NCBI GenBank assembly: GCA_963717435.1
Contig: OY970332.1
Coordinates: 256,001-320,000, forward strand
Origin: an uncultured bacterium
Lineage (GTDB): Bacteria; Babelota; Babeliae; Babelales; Babelaceae
Direction of reading: 5' to 3'
DNA length: 64,000 nucleotides
The translations under genes were made by a program, and so were the position numbers. This document shows positions 18,210 through 27,135 of this stretch, piece after piece; the first letter of the stretch is position 1, and every line of letters starts with the position of its first letter. The notes beneath the pieces were generated by a model. That model was given only the letters and a program-made list of their open reading frames with translations. It searched no databases and was not told the DNA's origin.

Positions 18210-19039
18210 TGTTAAAAATAAATACTATATCAAACGAAACAGTAAAAGAACTTGTAAAATTACAACAAGCAAAATACAGGGCACAAGCGGGCCTATGCGT
18301 CGTTGAAGGCCAACGCGCAATCGAAACTTTTTTAAATTCAAAGCGATATGCGCTACACACGCTTTATATAACTTTTGAAAATCTTGAAGTTGCAAAAAGT
18401 TTGGTGGACAAAGAAAAAGTTACTATAGTTGCCCCTATGGTCATGAACAAAATAAGCTCTGCTACTACACCTAGTGGCTTACTTGCTGTATTTAAAGTAG
18501 GTAAGGCTATGCAAAAAGTTGGTGAATCAGGAATCCCGCTCGTCCCGAGTGTTTTTCGAAGCGAAGCTGAGAAAAATGTATCGAGGGATGTTGCGGCCAA
18601 GTCGGGTGTTGTTCTTGCGGGCATATCTGATCCAGGAAATATGGGGACATTAATTAGAACTGCTGCAGCTATTGGCATGAAAAATGTTGTGATAGTAGGC
18701 GGCGCTGATTGCTGGAGCCCTAAAGTTATTCAAGCAAGCGCAGGGACCATATCTATGGTTAATATTATTCAAACAACCTGGCAAGACTTAGTAGCAAGTA
18801 AAAACAAAAATAAAAGCAAACTTATCGGCTTGATAGTAACCGGCGGAAAAAAAATCTCAGAACTTGATAAAGCAGATTTGAAAAATAGTTTAATTGTTAT
18901 AGGCTCAGAGGCGCATGGAATCGATTCTGATAGACTAAAAGACTGCGACGAACTGGTTACGCTTGAAATGCCAGGACAAACTGAAAGTCTTAACGCTGCT
19001 GTTGCTGGTTCTATCGCTATGTATTTAATAAATATTTAA
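18209..19039 (+). CDS. TrmH/SpoU-family RNA 2'-O-methyltransferase (with in-frame palindromic insert)
   Basis: DPGNMGTLIRTA, GSEAHG, ESLNAAVA SPOUT motifs. Confidence 0.93.
   Translation: MLKINTISNETVKELVKLQQAKYRAQAGLCVVEGQRAIETFLNSKRYALHTLYITFENLEVAKSLVDKEKVTIVAPMVMNKISSATTPSGLLAVFKVGKAMQKVGESGIPLVPSVFRSEAEKNVSRDVAAKSGVVLAGISDPGNMGTLIRTAAAIGMKNVVIVGGADCWSPKVIQASAGTISMVNIIQTTWQDLVASKNKNKSKLIGLIVTGGKKISELDKADLKNSLIVIGSEAHGIDSDRLKDCDELVTLEMPGQTESLNAAVAGSIAMYLINI
18535..18596 (+). repeat. Palindromic element copy E, in frame in TrmH-family gene
   Basis: Encodes PLVPSVFRSEAEKNVSRDVA in the inter-domain linker. Confidence 0.9.
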
Positions 19040-19087
19040 ATTATTTTTTTAAATCTAAAAAATTTAAAAACTAATCAAGAAAGTAAT

Positions 19088-20386
19088 TTGATGAGCAAAC
19101 ATAAACTGTCTTTATTAGCTGCAATAGTTATTAATATCAATATCATGCTTGGTTCAGGTATTTTTATTAATACAGTACTATTATCAAAAAACGCAGGTTT
19201 ACTTGGAGCAGCTGTTTACCCAATAGTTGGCCTGCTTATTTTCCCCTTAATTTATTCAATCTCAAATTTGCTTAAATTTCAGCTAGGCGGCACGTTTTAT
19301 CACTTTGGGACTGTTATTTCGCCATATATTGGCTTCTTAAGTTCTTGGGCATATTTTACGGCTAAAATGGCTTCTTGCGGGCTAAGTATTCATGTTTGCT
19401 TGTCTTTATTACAAAAAGTGTTTTCTGGTATTTCCCAGATTAATACACTGTATCTTGATCTTTTGGTAATTTTCTTATTTGTGTTGCTTAATAGATTTAA
19501 CTTAAAAATTGGCAAGTCTATACAGATATCTTTTATAGCCCTAAAACTTATACCAATTTTGTTCGTAATTTTATCCAGTATATTTTTATTTTCCGGGGCA
19601 AACTTTGATAGTTCAGCTTTAGTTTGGACGGGAATACCGGCGAGCATACCCTTTGTGCTTTTTGCATTCAGCGGATTTGAAGCAAGCTGTTCTTTAAGTA
19701 ATTCTATCGAAGACTCAGAAAAGAACGCCCCTAAAGCAATTTTAATATCTTTCTTTACAGTAGTTACAGTTGTAACTTTGTTCCAGTTTTTGTTTTATGC
19801 AAACCTGGGGCCAGAACTTTCTGGGCTTTCAAGTTACCTAGAAGCTTTCCCAGCACTTGTAGGCAAATTATTTGGGTCAGGGCATAACTTAAAAAATACA
19901 ATTATTGGGATTTTGCATATTGGCATAGCTTCTTCTGCATTGGGAGCCGCATATGGCATCATGTACAGTAACACTTGGAACTTATACGCTTTGGCTGAAC
20001 ACAAACACATATTTGGTCATAATACTTTAACAAAATTAAATAAGCACAATATACCATTTTATTGCACAGTGATTGAGGGCTTAATTGCAGCAAGTTATTT
20101 GTTATTTACTAAGGGCAACCAAGTGCCATTACAACAAATTAGTGCCTTTGGCGGCGCAATCGCTTATACCATTAGCGTTATCGCTTATACAATTTTAGAT
20201 TATAGACAAAATAACAGATTATCCTTTCTGCCTGTAGCTAGCTTACTAAGCTGTGCTATTTTAATCGCTGCTTGCATCAGAAGCTTCTTGCTTACGGGAT
20301 TTGCAGCACTTGCTAGCCTGCTTTTAATAATAGCTTTCGGCAGCTTTATGTTCTTTAATTTGAAAAATAAAAATAAAGTAGCTTAG
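19088..20386 (+). CDS. APC-family amino acid permease
   Basis: About 12 TM segments; MLGSGIF and FAFSGFE motifs. Confidence 0.9.
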   Translation: MMSKHKLSLLAAIVININIMLGSGIFINTVLLSKNAGLLGAAVYPIVGLLIFPLIYSISNLLKFQLGGTFYHFGTVISPYIGFLSSWAYFTAKMASCGLSIHVCLSLLQKVFSGISQINTLYLDLLVIFLFVLLNRFNLKIGKSIQISFIALKLIPILFVILSSIFLFSGANFDSSALVWTGIPASIPFVLFAFSGFEASCSLSNSIEDSEKNAPKAILISFFTVVTVVTLFQFLFYANLGPELSGLSSYLEAFPALVGKLFGSGHNLKNTIIGILHIGIASSALGAAYGIMYSNTWNLYALAEHKHIFGHNTLTKLNKHNIPFYCTVIEGLIAASYLLFTKGNQVPLQQISAFGGAIAYTISVIAYTILDYRQNNRLSFLPVASLLSCAILIAACIRSFLLTGFAALASLLLIIAFGSFMFFNLKNKNKVA

Positions 20387-20422
20387 TTTAATCAACATTT
20401 TAAATTTATTTTAAGCATCAAA

Positions 20423-20447
20423 ATGGGCGCGTAGTTTACGCGCCCAT
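20423..20447. terminator. Hairpin between convergent genes
   Basis: ATGGGCGCGTA-GTT-TACGCGCCCAT. Confidence 0.75.
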
Positions 20448-20470
20448 AATATTTTATAAAGCTTAATTTA

Positions 20471-21412
20471 TTAAGCAGATTTTTGTTTCTCTTCCTGCAT
20501 TTTTTCCCACTGCGGCTTCAAGCTCTTAATATGAGCGATTCTGTCTTCTAATGAAACCAAATGATCCACATGTTCCTTAAAGAGAGGTAAAGATATAACA
20601 GGCAATACAAATTTTTCTATACAAAATTGTTTAATTTTTGCGTACAATGGCCAGTTTTTTGTATCTGGATGATGTAGGTATCTCATCAATTTCACACCAC
20701 CATCAGGATTTACCCCTGCGATGGTTACTGCTTGTGTATCTGCGCGGGTTTCAAACGACTGATTAATTTTACCCTTCAACAACTCAAGAAAACTCAGATT
20801 AATACCGGGCAATGGCAATAAAAATTGTATAATTTTTATTATTATTTCATTGCTAATGCCTAATTTAGGTAAAAGCATCCAATATGGATGATAATTAATA
20901 CCATAAGTCATATATTGCTTTGCGAAATTATCATTTTCCCCATCAATAAAACCTTTTATGGCGCAACTCTTAACTATAGCGTCCTCGACTCGTGGAAAAG
21001 CTATGTTATTAATAACAATTTTAGAGAAGATATCATGATTGAGATGATGATCAAGCTCATGTGCCATTAAAAATTGCTTCGAGTTATCATCTATTTCATT
21101 GAGACAATCTTCATTGATGTATACCCTATTGGTTTGCGGGTAGGCCATGGCATTATTATAACCAAAAAACAGTCTCATTATTAAACCAGAATTTCGGGCT
21201 TTAATATCACGATGATCAATCCCCAATTTCTTGGCTGTTTCTTCAAACATTTGCTTATGTTTTTCACTAAGCTCACCACGTGTAAGTATTGGGTCAGTTA
21301 TAGATCCTAATTTATCAAAAACTTTGTATATTACACTTGTATCAATGGCATTTAAAGAGCCAAAAAGCAGCAAACCTGTTAAGGCTATTTTTTTGATATT
21401 TTTAGAAAACAT
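20471..21412 (-). CDS. Exported M48-like zinc metallopeptidase
   Basis: Signal peptide; FLMAHELDHH (HEXXH), ETRAD, C-terminal H...EDRI. Confidence 0.75.
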   Translation of the reverse strand: MFSKNIKKIALTGLLLFGSLNAIDTSVIYKVFDKLGSITDPILTRGELSEKHKQMFEETAKKLGIDHRDIKARNSGLIMRLFFGYNNAMAYPQTNRVYINEDCLNEIDDNSKQFLMAHELDHHLNHDIFSKIVINNIAFPRVEDAIVKSCAIKGFIDGENDNFAKQYMTYGINYHPYWMLLPKLGISNEIIIKIIQFLLPLPGINLSFLELLKGKINQSFETRADTQAVTIAGVNPDGGVKLMRYLHHPDTKNWPLYAKIKQFCIEKFVLPVISLPLFKEHVDHLVSLEDRIAHIKSLKPQWEKMQEEKQKSA

Positions 21413-21647
21413 ATTGTTTACTCCATTATTCTCTATTCAATTACTATTACTAATCACTCATAAACCATTATAAGACATATTATTAAGCTTAAATTATATA
21501 TTCTAGTTGTCAATTGGGTCAGTTTTTATGGGATTAATAATTTTTAGACCAAATTTGAGTAAAGTCCCAAAAATAGTTATAAAATACCGGTGAAGTTAAT
21601 AATCAAAAAAATTATTAATTAAAACAACCTAAAAAAAAGGGTCGTGT

Positions 21648-23240
21648 ATGAATAACAGGCTATTTTCAAAGCTATTATATTTGGGTCTATTTGGTCCGGT
21701 GTTGGCAGATTGTGAAGTTCCCATATCAAAACTTAAACCTGCGGACCAAGAAGAATTTAATAAAATTTTGGATGCAAACGAACAAAGAATACAGCAGGCC
21801 TTAGACGCCAATCCAGTTCAAGTTTCTGAAATAAAAGCTTTATCGATAAATAATAACCCATATTCCAAAACTCAGGCCAAAATACGTGTCGGGGAACTTT
21901 ATAACGAGGGAGAAGCCGTATTTATACGCAAAAGGTCCCAAAAAGTTAAACAAGAACTTAAAGATTTGGGAATCACTGTTAAACATGTGCCAAAAATATC
22001 TGTCTGCTTCAGTGGCGGCGGGTATCGTGCCATGATCTCAACTTTAGGGTTTTTCAGAGGCCTAGAACAAACGGGGTTATTAAAATTATTAACTTATGCC
22101 AGCGCCCTTTCAGGTTCAACATGGACCCTTGCGCCATGGACCTGCAAAAACTGTTCACTTTCAGAATTTAGAACATATTTACAAGGTCGTACTGAATTGG
22201 GTCTTGGGCCAATAGAAAATCCTGTCCAAATGACATACTTTACCGATACTCTGCTTGATAAAGTGATTAACCTGCAACCGATAACACCTGTGGATATTTA
22301 TGGCGGACTTTTGGCTGACAAAATTCTTAAATTTTTTGATAAAAAAAGACAGTCTGTAAGACTCTCTGAATCGGCCCATTATATTATGACCGGCGACAAA
22401 CTTATGCCAATCTATACCTCGGTTTTATGTTTAAAAGGGGATAAATACGAATGGATGGAATATACGCCATTTGAAATTGGCAGCAGCTATCTCAAATCTT
22501 ATGTTCCAACATGGGCATTTGGTAGAAAATTTAGTAATGGCATATCAAAAGACTACGCACCTGAACAAAGCTTGGGATATTTGATGGGAATTTGGGGTTC
22601 TGCGTTTGAAATCGCAATGAAAGATCTGATTCAATCTGAAAGCGAAAAAATTAATCAGTCCCAGTCTTTCCCTTATTCTATTTTTGATCACATAGTAGAA
22701 AACACACCTGTTGGCAACTTGAGATTATCCCCTGCGGCAGTATTTAATATATCAAAACATATTCCCGCAAGCCCTTTAAAAGACGAAAAGTATATATCGA
22801 TGGTCGACGCTGGATTATATTTTAATCTGCCACTTCCGCCACTTCTTGAACGCAAATCTGATATTATTATTATCTTTGATGCTTCTGCTGGAAATGTTGG
22901 TGGAATGGAGTTCAAAAAGGCATACAAATGGGCAATCGAGCATGATTATGATATGCCCGAATTTGACATGAACGACGATGATATAATAAACCGCAATATT
23001 ACGATATTAAAAGACGAGGACCCTAAAGTGCCTGTTATTATTTATATGCCGCTTGCCAACGAAAACGGCGCGTATTTAAACGGCTATAATTGGGAAAAGC
23101 AGTCTTACACAAGTACATTTAATTTTAAATATAAAAAGAACCAGTTTGACGCACTGGCCGGCTTGCCTGAATTTAATGTGATTCAGAATGCTGATGCGAT
23201 TTTTGATGTGATCAAAGAAGTGGCCGCAAGAACAAATTAA
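21648..23240 (+). CDS. Exported lysophospholipase / cPLA2-like (PLA2_B family) phospholipase
   Basis: SGGGYRAM oxyanion motif, ALSGSTW nucleophile, LMGIWGSAF, VDAGL catalytic Asp; signal peptide. Confidence 0.85.
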   Translation: MNNRLFSKLLYLGLFGPVLADCEVPISKLKPADQEEFNKILDANEQRIQQALDANPVQVSEIKALSINNNPYSKTQAKIRVGELYNEGEAVFIRKRSQKVKQELKDLGITVKHVPKISVCFSGGGYRAMISTLGFFRGLEQTGLLKLLTYASALSGSTWTLAPWTCKNCSLSEFRTYLQGRTELGLGPIENPVQMTYFTDTLLDKVINLQPITPVDIYGGLLADKILKFFDKKRQSVRLSESAHYIMTGDKLMPIYTSVLCLKGDKYEWMEYTPFEIGSSYLKSYVPTWAFGRKFSNGISKDYAPEQSLGYLMGIWGSAFEIAMKDLIQSESEKINQSQSFPYSIFDHIVENTPVGNLRLSPAAVFNISKHIPASPLKDEKYISMVDAGLYFNLPLPPLLERKSDIIIIFDASAGNVGGMEFKKAYKWAIEHDYDMPEFDMNDDDIINRNITILKDEDPKVPVIIYMPLANENGAYLNGYNWEKQSYTSTFNFKYKKNQFDALAGLPEFNVIQNADAIFDVIKEVAARTN

Positions 23241-23255
23241 GTTTGTTTTTAAACT

Positions 23256-23290
23256 AAAACGGGAGCGTGAAATACACCGCTCCCGTTTTT
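23256..23290. terminator. Bidirectional terminator
   Basis: AAAACGGGAGCG/CGCTCCCGTTTT between convergent genes. Confidence 0.85.
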
Positions 23291-23296
23291 ATAATA

Positions 23297-23755
23297 TTAT
23301 TTTGTTGTAGGTTCACTGAAAACAACTGTCCAAGAGACTTCATAATCCCCGGAATCAAAAATCTTTTTTATAAAGGGCGAGTCATATAGTTTAAAAAATC
23401 TAACCAGTGGAACTAGAGGCGAACACAAAATTCTTTTATAAGCAGGGACGTTCATTTCCCCAACATTTTTTAATTCCCCAGTTTCATCGTCAACTTTCTC
23501 CCACTTATAAACTATCTCAGGCGCCGTAAAAAATCCATATGTCAAATACGCGGTAACAAGAGCGGTAATAAGATTTGAAATAATTATACCCTTATGGTCT
23601 TTTGCAAATTTCAAGAAAGTCTGTATCTGTTTGTTATTTTTAATAAATTCAGAAAGTTGTGCTTGTTTATTTTTTGAATTTTCCAGATTTTCTGAACTTA
23701 ATCTTAAACCAGAAAACAGTAATGAAACTGTTAATAACTTTTTTAGATTCTTCAT
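23297..23755 (-). CDS. Hypothetical exported/membrane protein
   Basis: GGAG RBS; signal-like N-terminus; one TM. Confidence 0.65.
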   Translation of the reverse strand: MKNLKKLLTVSLLFSGLRLSSENLENSKNKQAQLSEFIKNNKQIQTFLKFAKDHKGIIISNLITALVTAYLTYGFFTAPEIVYKWEKVDDETGELKNVGEMNVPAYKRILCSPLVPLVRFFKLYDSPFIKKIFDSGDYEVSWTVVFSEPTTK

Positions 23756-23786
23756 AAATTACATCTCCTGAATTATCTCTTTTAAG

Positions 23787-24851
23787 TTAACCCATTTTTA
23801 GGAGCATTAAAGAAACCAGACATAGAACAAGAGAGATAATTCCAAATCTGGTAGTTATTTTCGATTCCTGCCAGCCCAGTAGTTCAAAATGGTGGTGAAT
23901 TGGCGCCATCCTGAAGATGCGTTTGCCAAAAAATTTAAAAGAAAAAACCTGGACAATAACAGAAAGTGCTTCTACAACAAACAGCGCCCCTGAAATTGAG
24001 AGTAAAATCTCTTGTTTGCACATAAGAGCCATAAGGGCCAGCCCTGAACCAAGAGCCAGTGAACCAACATCTCCCATGAAAATCTGTGCAGGGTAAGCGT
24101 TGTACCAGAGAAAACCCAGGGAAACGCCGAGCAAAATCGTCCCAATGATCGCTATTTCTGAGGTATCAGCAAATGGGATATTTAAGTATTGGGCAAAGCT
24201 GGCATGGCCCGCCAAGTAGCAAATTAGTGAAAATGTAGCGAAATTTGAGATAAGAGAGCCGATAGCCAGGCCATCTAGCCCATCAGTAAGATTAACAGCG
24301 TTGCTTGTTCCTACGATGATAAATATGGCCCAAAATATAAAAAATATACCCAAATCTGGCCTAAAATTCTTAAATAAGGGCAAAATTAGGCTAGTTGATG
24401 GGTTTACAGTGTAGATCCAGAGAAGAACGACTATAAGGGCGCTTAAGATTTGTGCCCTGAATTTATGCTTTTCAGATATCCCCTTTTTGTACCAGATTTT
24501 ATTAATATCATCCCAAAAGCCTATAGCGCCGAACAGCAATAAGCAGAGCAAAAATATCCAGACTTCTGGGCGCGATAGATTGCACCAGAGTAAAGCAGAG
24601 ATAAAAGTTATGGCGAGCATAAAGGCGCCCCCCATGGTTGGCATGTCATCTTTTGCTCTATGATTTTCGGGGGTATATTCTCTGGATTTCGATCTAAAAA
24701 ATAGTCGTGATTTGTTAATGAACCAGTCACCAAAAAGAAAAGATAATAAAAGCGCGGTTAACAACGAACCCATGCACCTGAAGCTGACATAGTGAAATAC
24801 GTTAAAAGCACTTATATAATTCTTTAAGTAAAAAGAAGCATGATATAGCAT
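23787..24851 (-). CDS. mraY: Phospho-N-acetylmuramoyl-pentapeptide transferase
   Basis: PTMGG, GFWDD, SNAVNLTDGLDGL, FMGDVGS, APIHHHFE; start set at ATG 24851 (MLYH). Confidence 0.97.
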   Translation of the reverse strand: MLYHASFYLKNYISAFNVFHYVSFRCMGSLLTALLLSFLFGDWFINKSRLFFRSKSREYTPENHRAKDDMPTMGGAFMLAITFISALLWCNLSRPEVWIFLLCLLLFGAIGFWDDINKIWYKKGISEKHKFRAQILSALIVVLLWIYTVNPSTSLILPLFKNFRPDLGIFFIFWAIFIIVGTSNAVNLTDGLDGLAIGSLISNFATFSLICYLAGHASFAQYLNIPFADTSEIAIIGTILLGVSLGFLWYNAYPAQIFMGDVGSLALGSGLALMALMCKQEILLSISGALFVVEALSVIVQVFSFKFFGKRIFRMAPIHHHFELLGWQESKITTRFGIISLVLCLVSLMLLKMG

Positions 24852-24906
24852 TAATACTCTTTCAAAAAAATTATTTACTCCAACTAAAGTCACGAACCCC
24901 TGAAGA

Positions 24907-24951
24907 ACGGGGTGAAATAGCCCCGTCCCGCCATAGCTTTAGCGACGGCGG
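24907..24951. repeat. Two adjacent GC-rich hairpins; second is palindromic module type 3
   Basis: ACGGGG-8-CCCCGT and CCGCC-ATAGCTTTAGCGAC-GGCGG; the latter has the architecture of 35332-35355. Confidence 0.6.
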
Positions 24952-25048
24952 AAAAAATCTCTATCAATTTTACACAAAAAACTGTTAATTTGAAATTAAG
25001 GGACAATTGTTGAATTGTTGATATTTTTTTTATTTTAGGGGTGAAAAG

Positions 25049-25471
25049 ATGAAGAATAATAAATATTCAAAACTATTAATTCTGGGTATATCAGGATTAT
25101 CGAGCATATCCCAGAATACCATTAAATCAGACTGCTCATTATTCAGCTGCCATGAAAGAGAAATGTGTCATGAGGACAGGGCTATGAAAATCTTAAGAGA
25201 TTTTTTAACTCCTGAATTACATGTAGATAGAAAATGGCGTGAATGGCTTGATCAAGTAATAGAAGAACTGAAACATGTTAATAAATATAAGGCTTTTTGT
25301 GATGATCTAAAAAGGCTTAAAGGCGAAAAGGACCCTTTAAAGGTCGGCAAAGTGCTGAAAAAATATGACAATATACTTTCAACAGATTTAAAGACGATTA
25401 TAGATACGATGTATGACAACGACCCGTATAAGCTTTATGTTATAGTTAGCACAAGAATGAAGGTTAAGTAA
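25049..25471 (+). CDS. Hypothetical exported protein, paralog of 25621
   Basis: Shared DRAMxxLxDFL...KWxEWLDxV..EL...FC..L..LK.EK...KVG. Confidence 0.75.
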   Translation: MKNNKYSKLLILGISGLSSISQNTIKSDCSLFSCHEREMCHEDRAMKILRDFLTPELHVDRKWREWLDQVIEELKHVNKYKAFCDDLKRLKGEKDPLKVGKVLKKYDNILSTDLKTIIDTMYDNDPYKLYVIVSTRMKVK

Positions 25472-25501
25472 CCTGTAAAAACTGCTTGGCCACCCCCCCT
25501 T

Positions 25502-25529
25502 TTGACATAAAAACCCTTTGGTTTACAAT
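25502..25529 (+). promoter_or_regulatory. sigma70-type promoter for 25621 ORF
   Basis: TTGACA-16 nt-TACAAT. Confidence 0.6.
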
Positions 25530-25620
25530 GGAAAGTATAGTTGAGCATTAAAAGCTTTCTACTTGGAATCTATAGGGTTAAAGTTTAAACCTGTGGGTTT
25601 TAACGCAAAAGGGAATTAAT

Positions 25621-26112
25621 ATGAAATCTATAAAAAATATAAAGTTTTTAGCTTTACTGGGGTTACTAGTAACAGGCCAAAGCTTAGTATTATCTAATGA
25701 AAATGAGAATGAAATCGAAGCAGAAGTTAATATGGGGGAAATGGAGCTAGAATCTGCTGAAGTCGATATTATCCGTAACGATACAAAGATAACAGTAGAT
25801 GCTCGTTCACCAAAAGACCGTGCAATGGACTTACTTAAAGACTTCTTGGATCTTGCCAAACACCCTAACAAAAAGTGGCATGAATGGCTTGATGAAGTGC
25901 ATAAAGAATTAAAAGAACTTTCTGAGTTCAAACAATTCTGTACAACTTTGGTTAAACTTAAAGCTGAAAAAAGTGCGGTAAAAGTTGGTGTGGCCATTAA
26001 GGATTACAAACACTTATTGCGCGACGACGTACGCTTGCACATAGAAGAAATGTTAAAGAATGACTTTGGAAAGCTTCTGGGAATTCTAAATACACGTATC
26101 AAAAAAGCGTAA
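25621..26112 (+). CDS. Hypothetical exported protein, paralog of 25049
   Basis: Signal peptide, acidic linker, shared C-terminal helical domain. Confidence 0.75.
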   Translation: MKSIKNIKFLALLGLLVTGQSLVLSNENENEIEAEVNMGEMELESAEVDIIRNDTKITVDARSPKDRAMDLLKDFLDLAKHPNKKWHEWLDEVHKELKELSEFKQFCTTLVKLKAEKSAVKVGVAIKDYKHLLRDDVRLHIEEMLKNDFGKLLGILNTRIKKA

Positions 26113-26137
26113 AATATACTAAATCTTGATATTATTT

Positions 26138-26168
26138 CGGCCCCATTAAACCGGGGCCGTTTTGTTTG
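26138..26168 (+). terminator. Intrinsic terminator
   Basis: CGGCCCC/GGGGCCG stem followed by TTTTGTTT. Confidence 0.75.
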
Positions 26169-26336
26169 CCCAAAAAAATGCTAGCACACTTATTCAAACC
26201 TGAAAATATTAAAAAAACATGAACAAGTCGATAAAATTATTGCATATTGGATAATATAATTGCTAAAATTAGCTTATATATAAAATAATTTTAATAATAA
26301 TAAAATTCGATTCTGTTCCAAAATGAGAGGCTATTT

Positions 26337-27062
26337 ATGAACTTTTTCAAAAAACTTATGGTTTTAAGCCTGCTGATAAGCACTTGGTCGATAATGGGCC
26401 AACCCGCACAGCTACCAAGCGATCAACAACTTGCCACTGATATAAATCTCAAAAATATATTTTATGAAAACTTAGCAAGTCCTAATTGTTCAAATGAACC
26501 GGTAATCTACGATATCTGGGCAGCAAAACTGGCTTGGATTTTTGAGACATTTTTCTCAGGCCCGAATTTAGAAACTAAAAATCTGGTCGCCCAATTAATT
26601 ATAAGCTTGAAAGATCAAACAGAAAATCTTTGGGTGAAATATATGGCCATAGTTTACTATGTGGATTTGAATATACCCTTATTGCAAGAAAAAAGAGGAT
26701 TTAAAAGCACAGATGTCATCACATTATTAGACCCAAATAATGGTCTAAAAATAAAGGAGCTACTGATCCCTGTAGAAAAGCAAAATATAAATATTAGAGC
26801 AAAAGCCGAATCTGCTCTTTTGCTAGGAAAAATCAGCCACTTCTATGCTAAAACTAGGGACTATTCATTGACAATAAAATATTTAGATAGTGCTATCAAT
26901 CAAAGCTGTGATTTAGAAATAAAAAAAGATGCAAAAGATTTAGTAAAAACTACTGAATTAAAGGGACGGATTTTGACGACGAGAGATGTACGAAGTGGTG
27001 AAGGTATTGAACCTGAGTCCTTTGGCAAGAAGTCTAGAAAATTAGATGAAATGGAAGATTAA
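26337..27062 (+). CDS. Hypothetical exported protein (TPR-like C-terminal helices)
   Basis: GAGG RBS; signal peptide MNFFKKLMVLSLLISTWSIMG. Confidence 0.65.
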   Translation: MNFFKKLMVLSLLISTWSIMGQPAQLPSDQQLATDINLKNIFYENLASPNCSNEPVIYDIWAAKLAWIFETFFSGPNLETKNLVAQLIISLKDQTENLWVKYMAIVYYVDLNIPLLQEKRGFKSTDVITLLDPNNGLKIKELLIPVEKQNINIRAKAESALLLGKISHFYAKTRDYSLTIKYLDSAINQSCDLEIKKDAKDLVKTTELKGRILTTRDVRSGEGIEPESFGKKSRKLDEMED

Positions 27063-27135
27063 AGGCTGATTAATTTTTTCTAAAATTACGCTTTATAATA
27101 AAAAATAGTATAATAATAACTGCAGATTAAATTCT

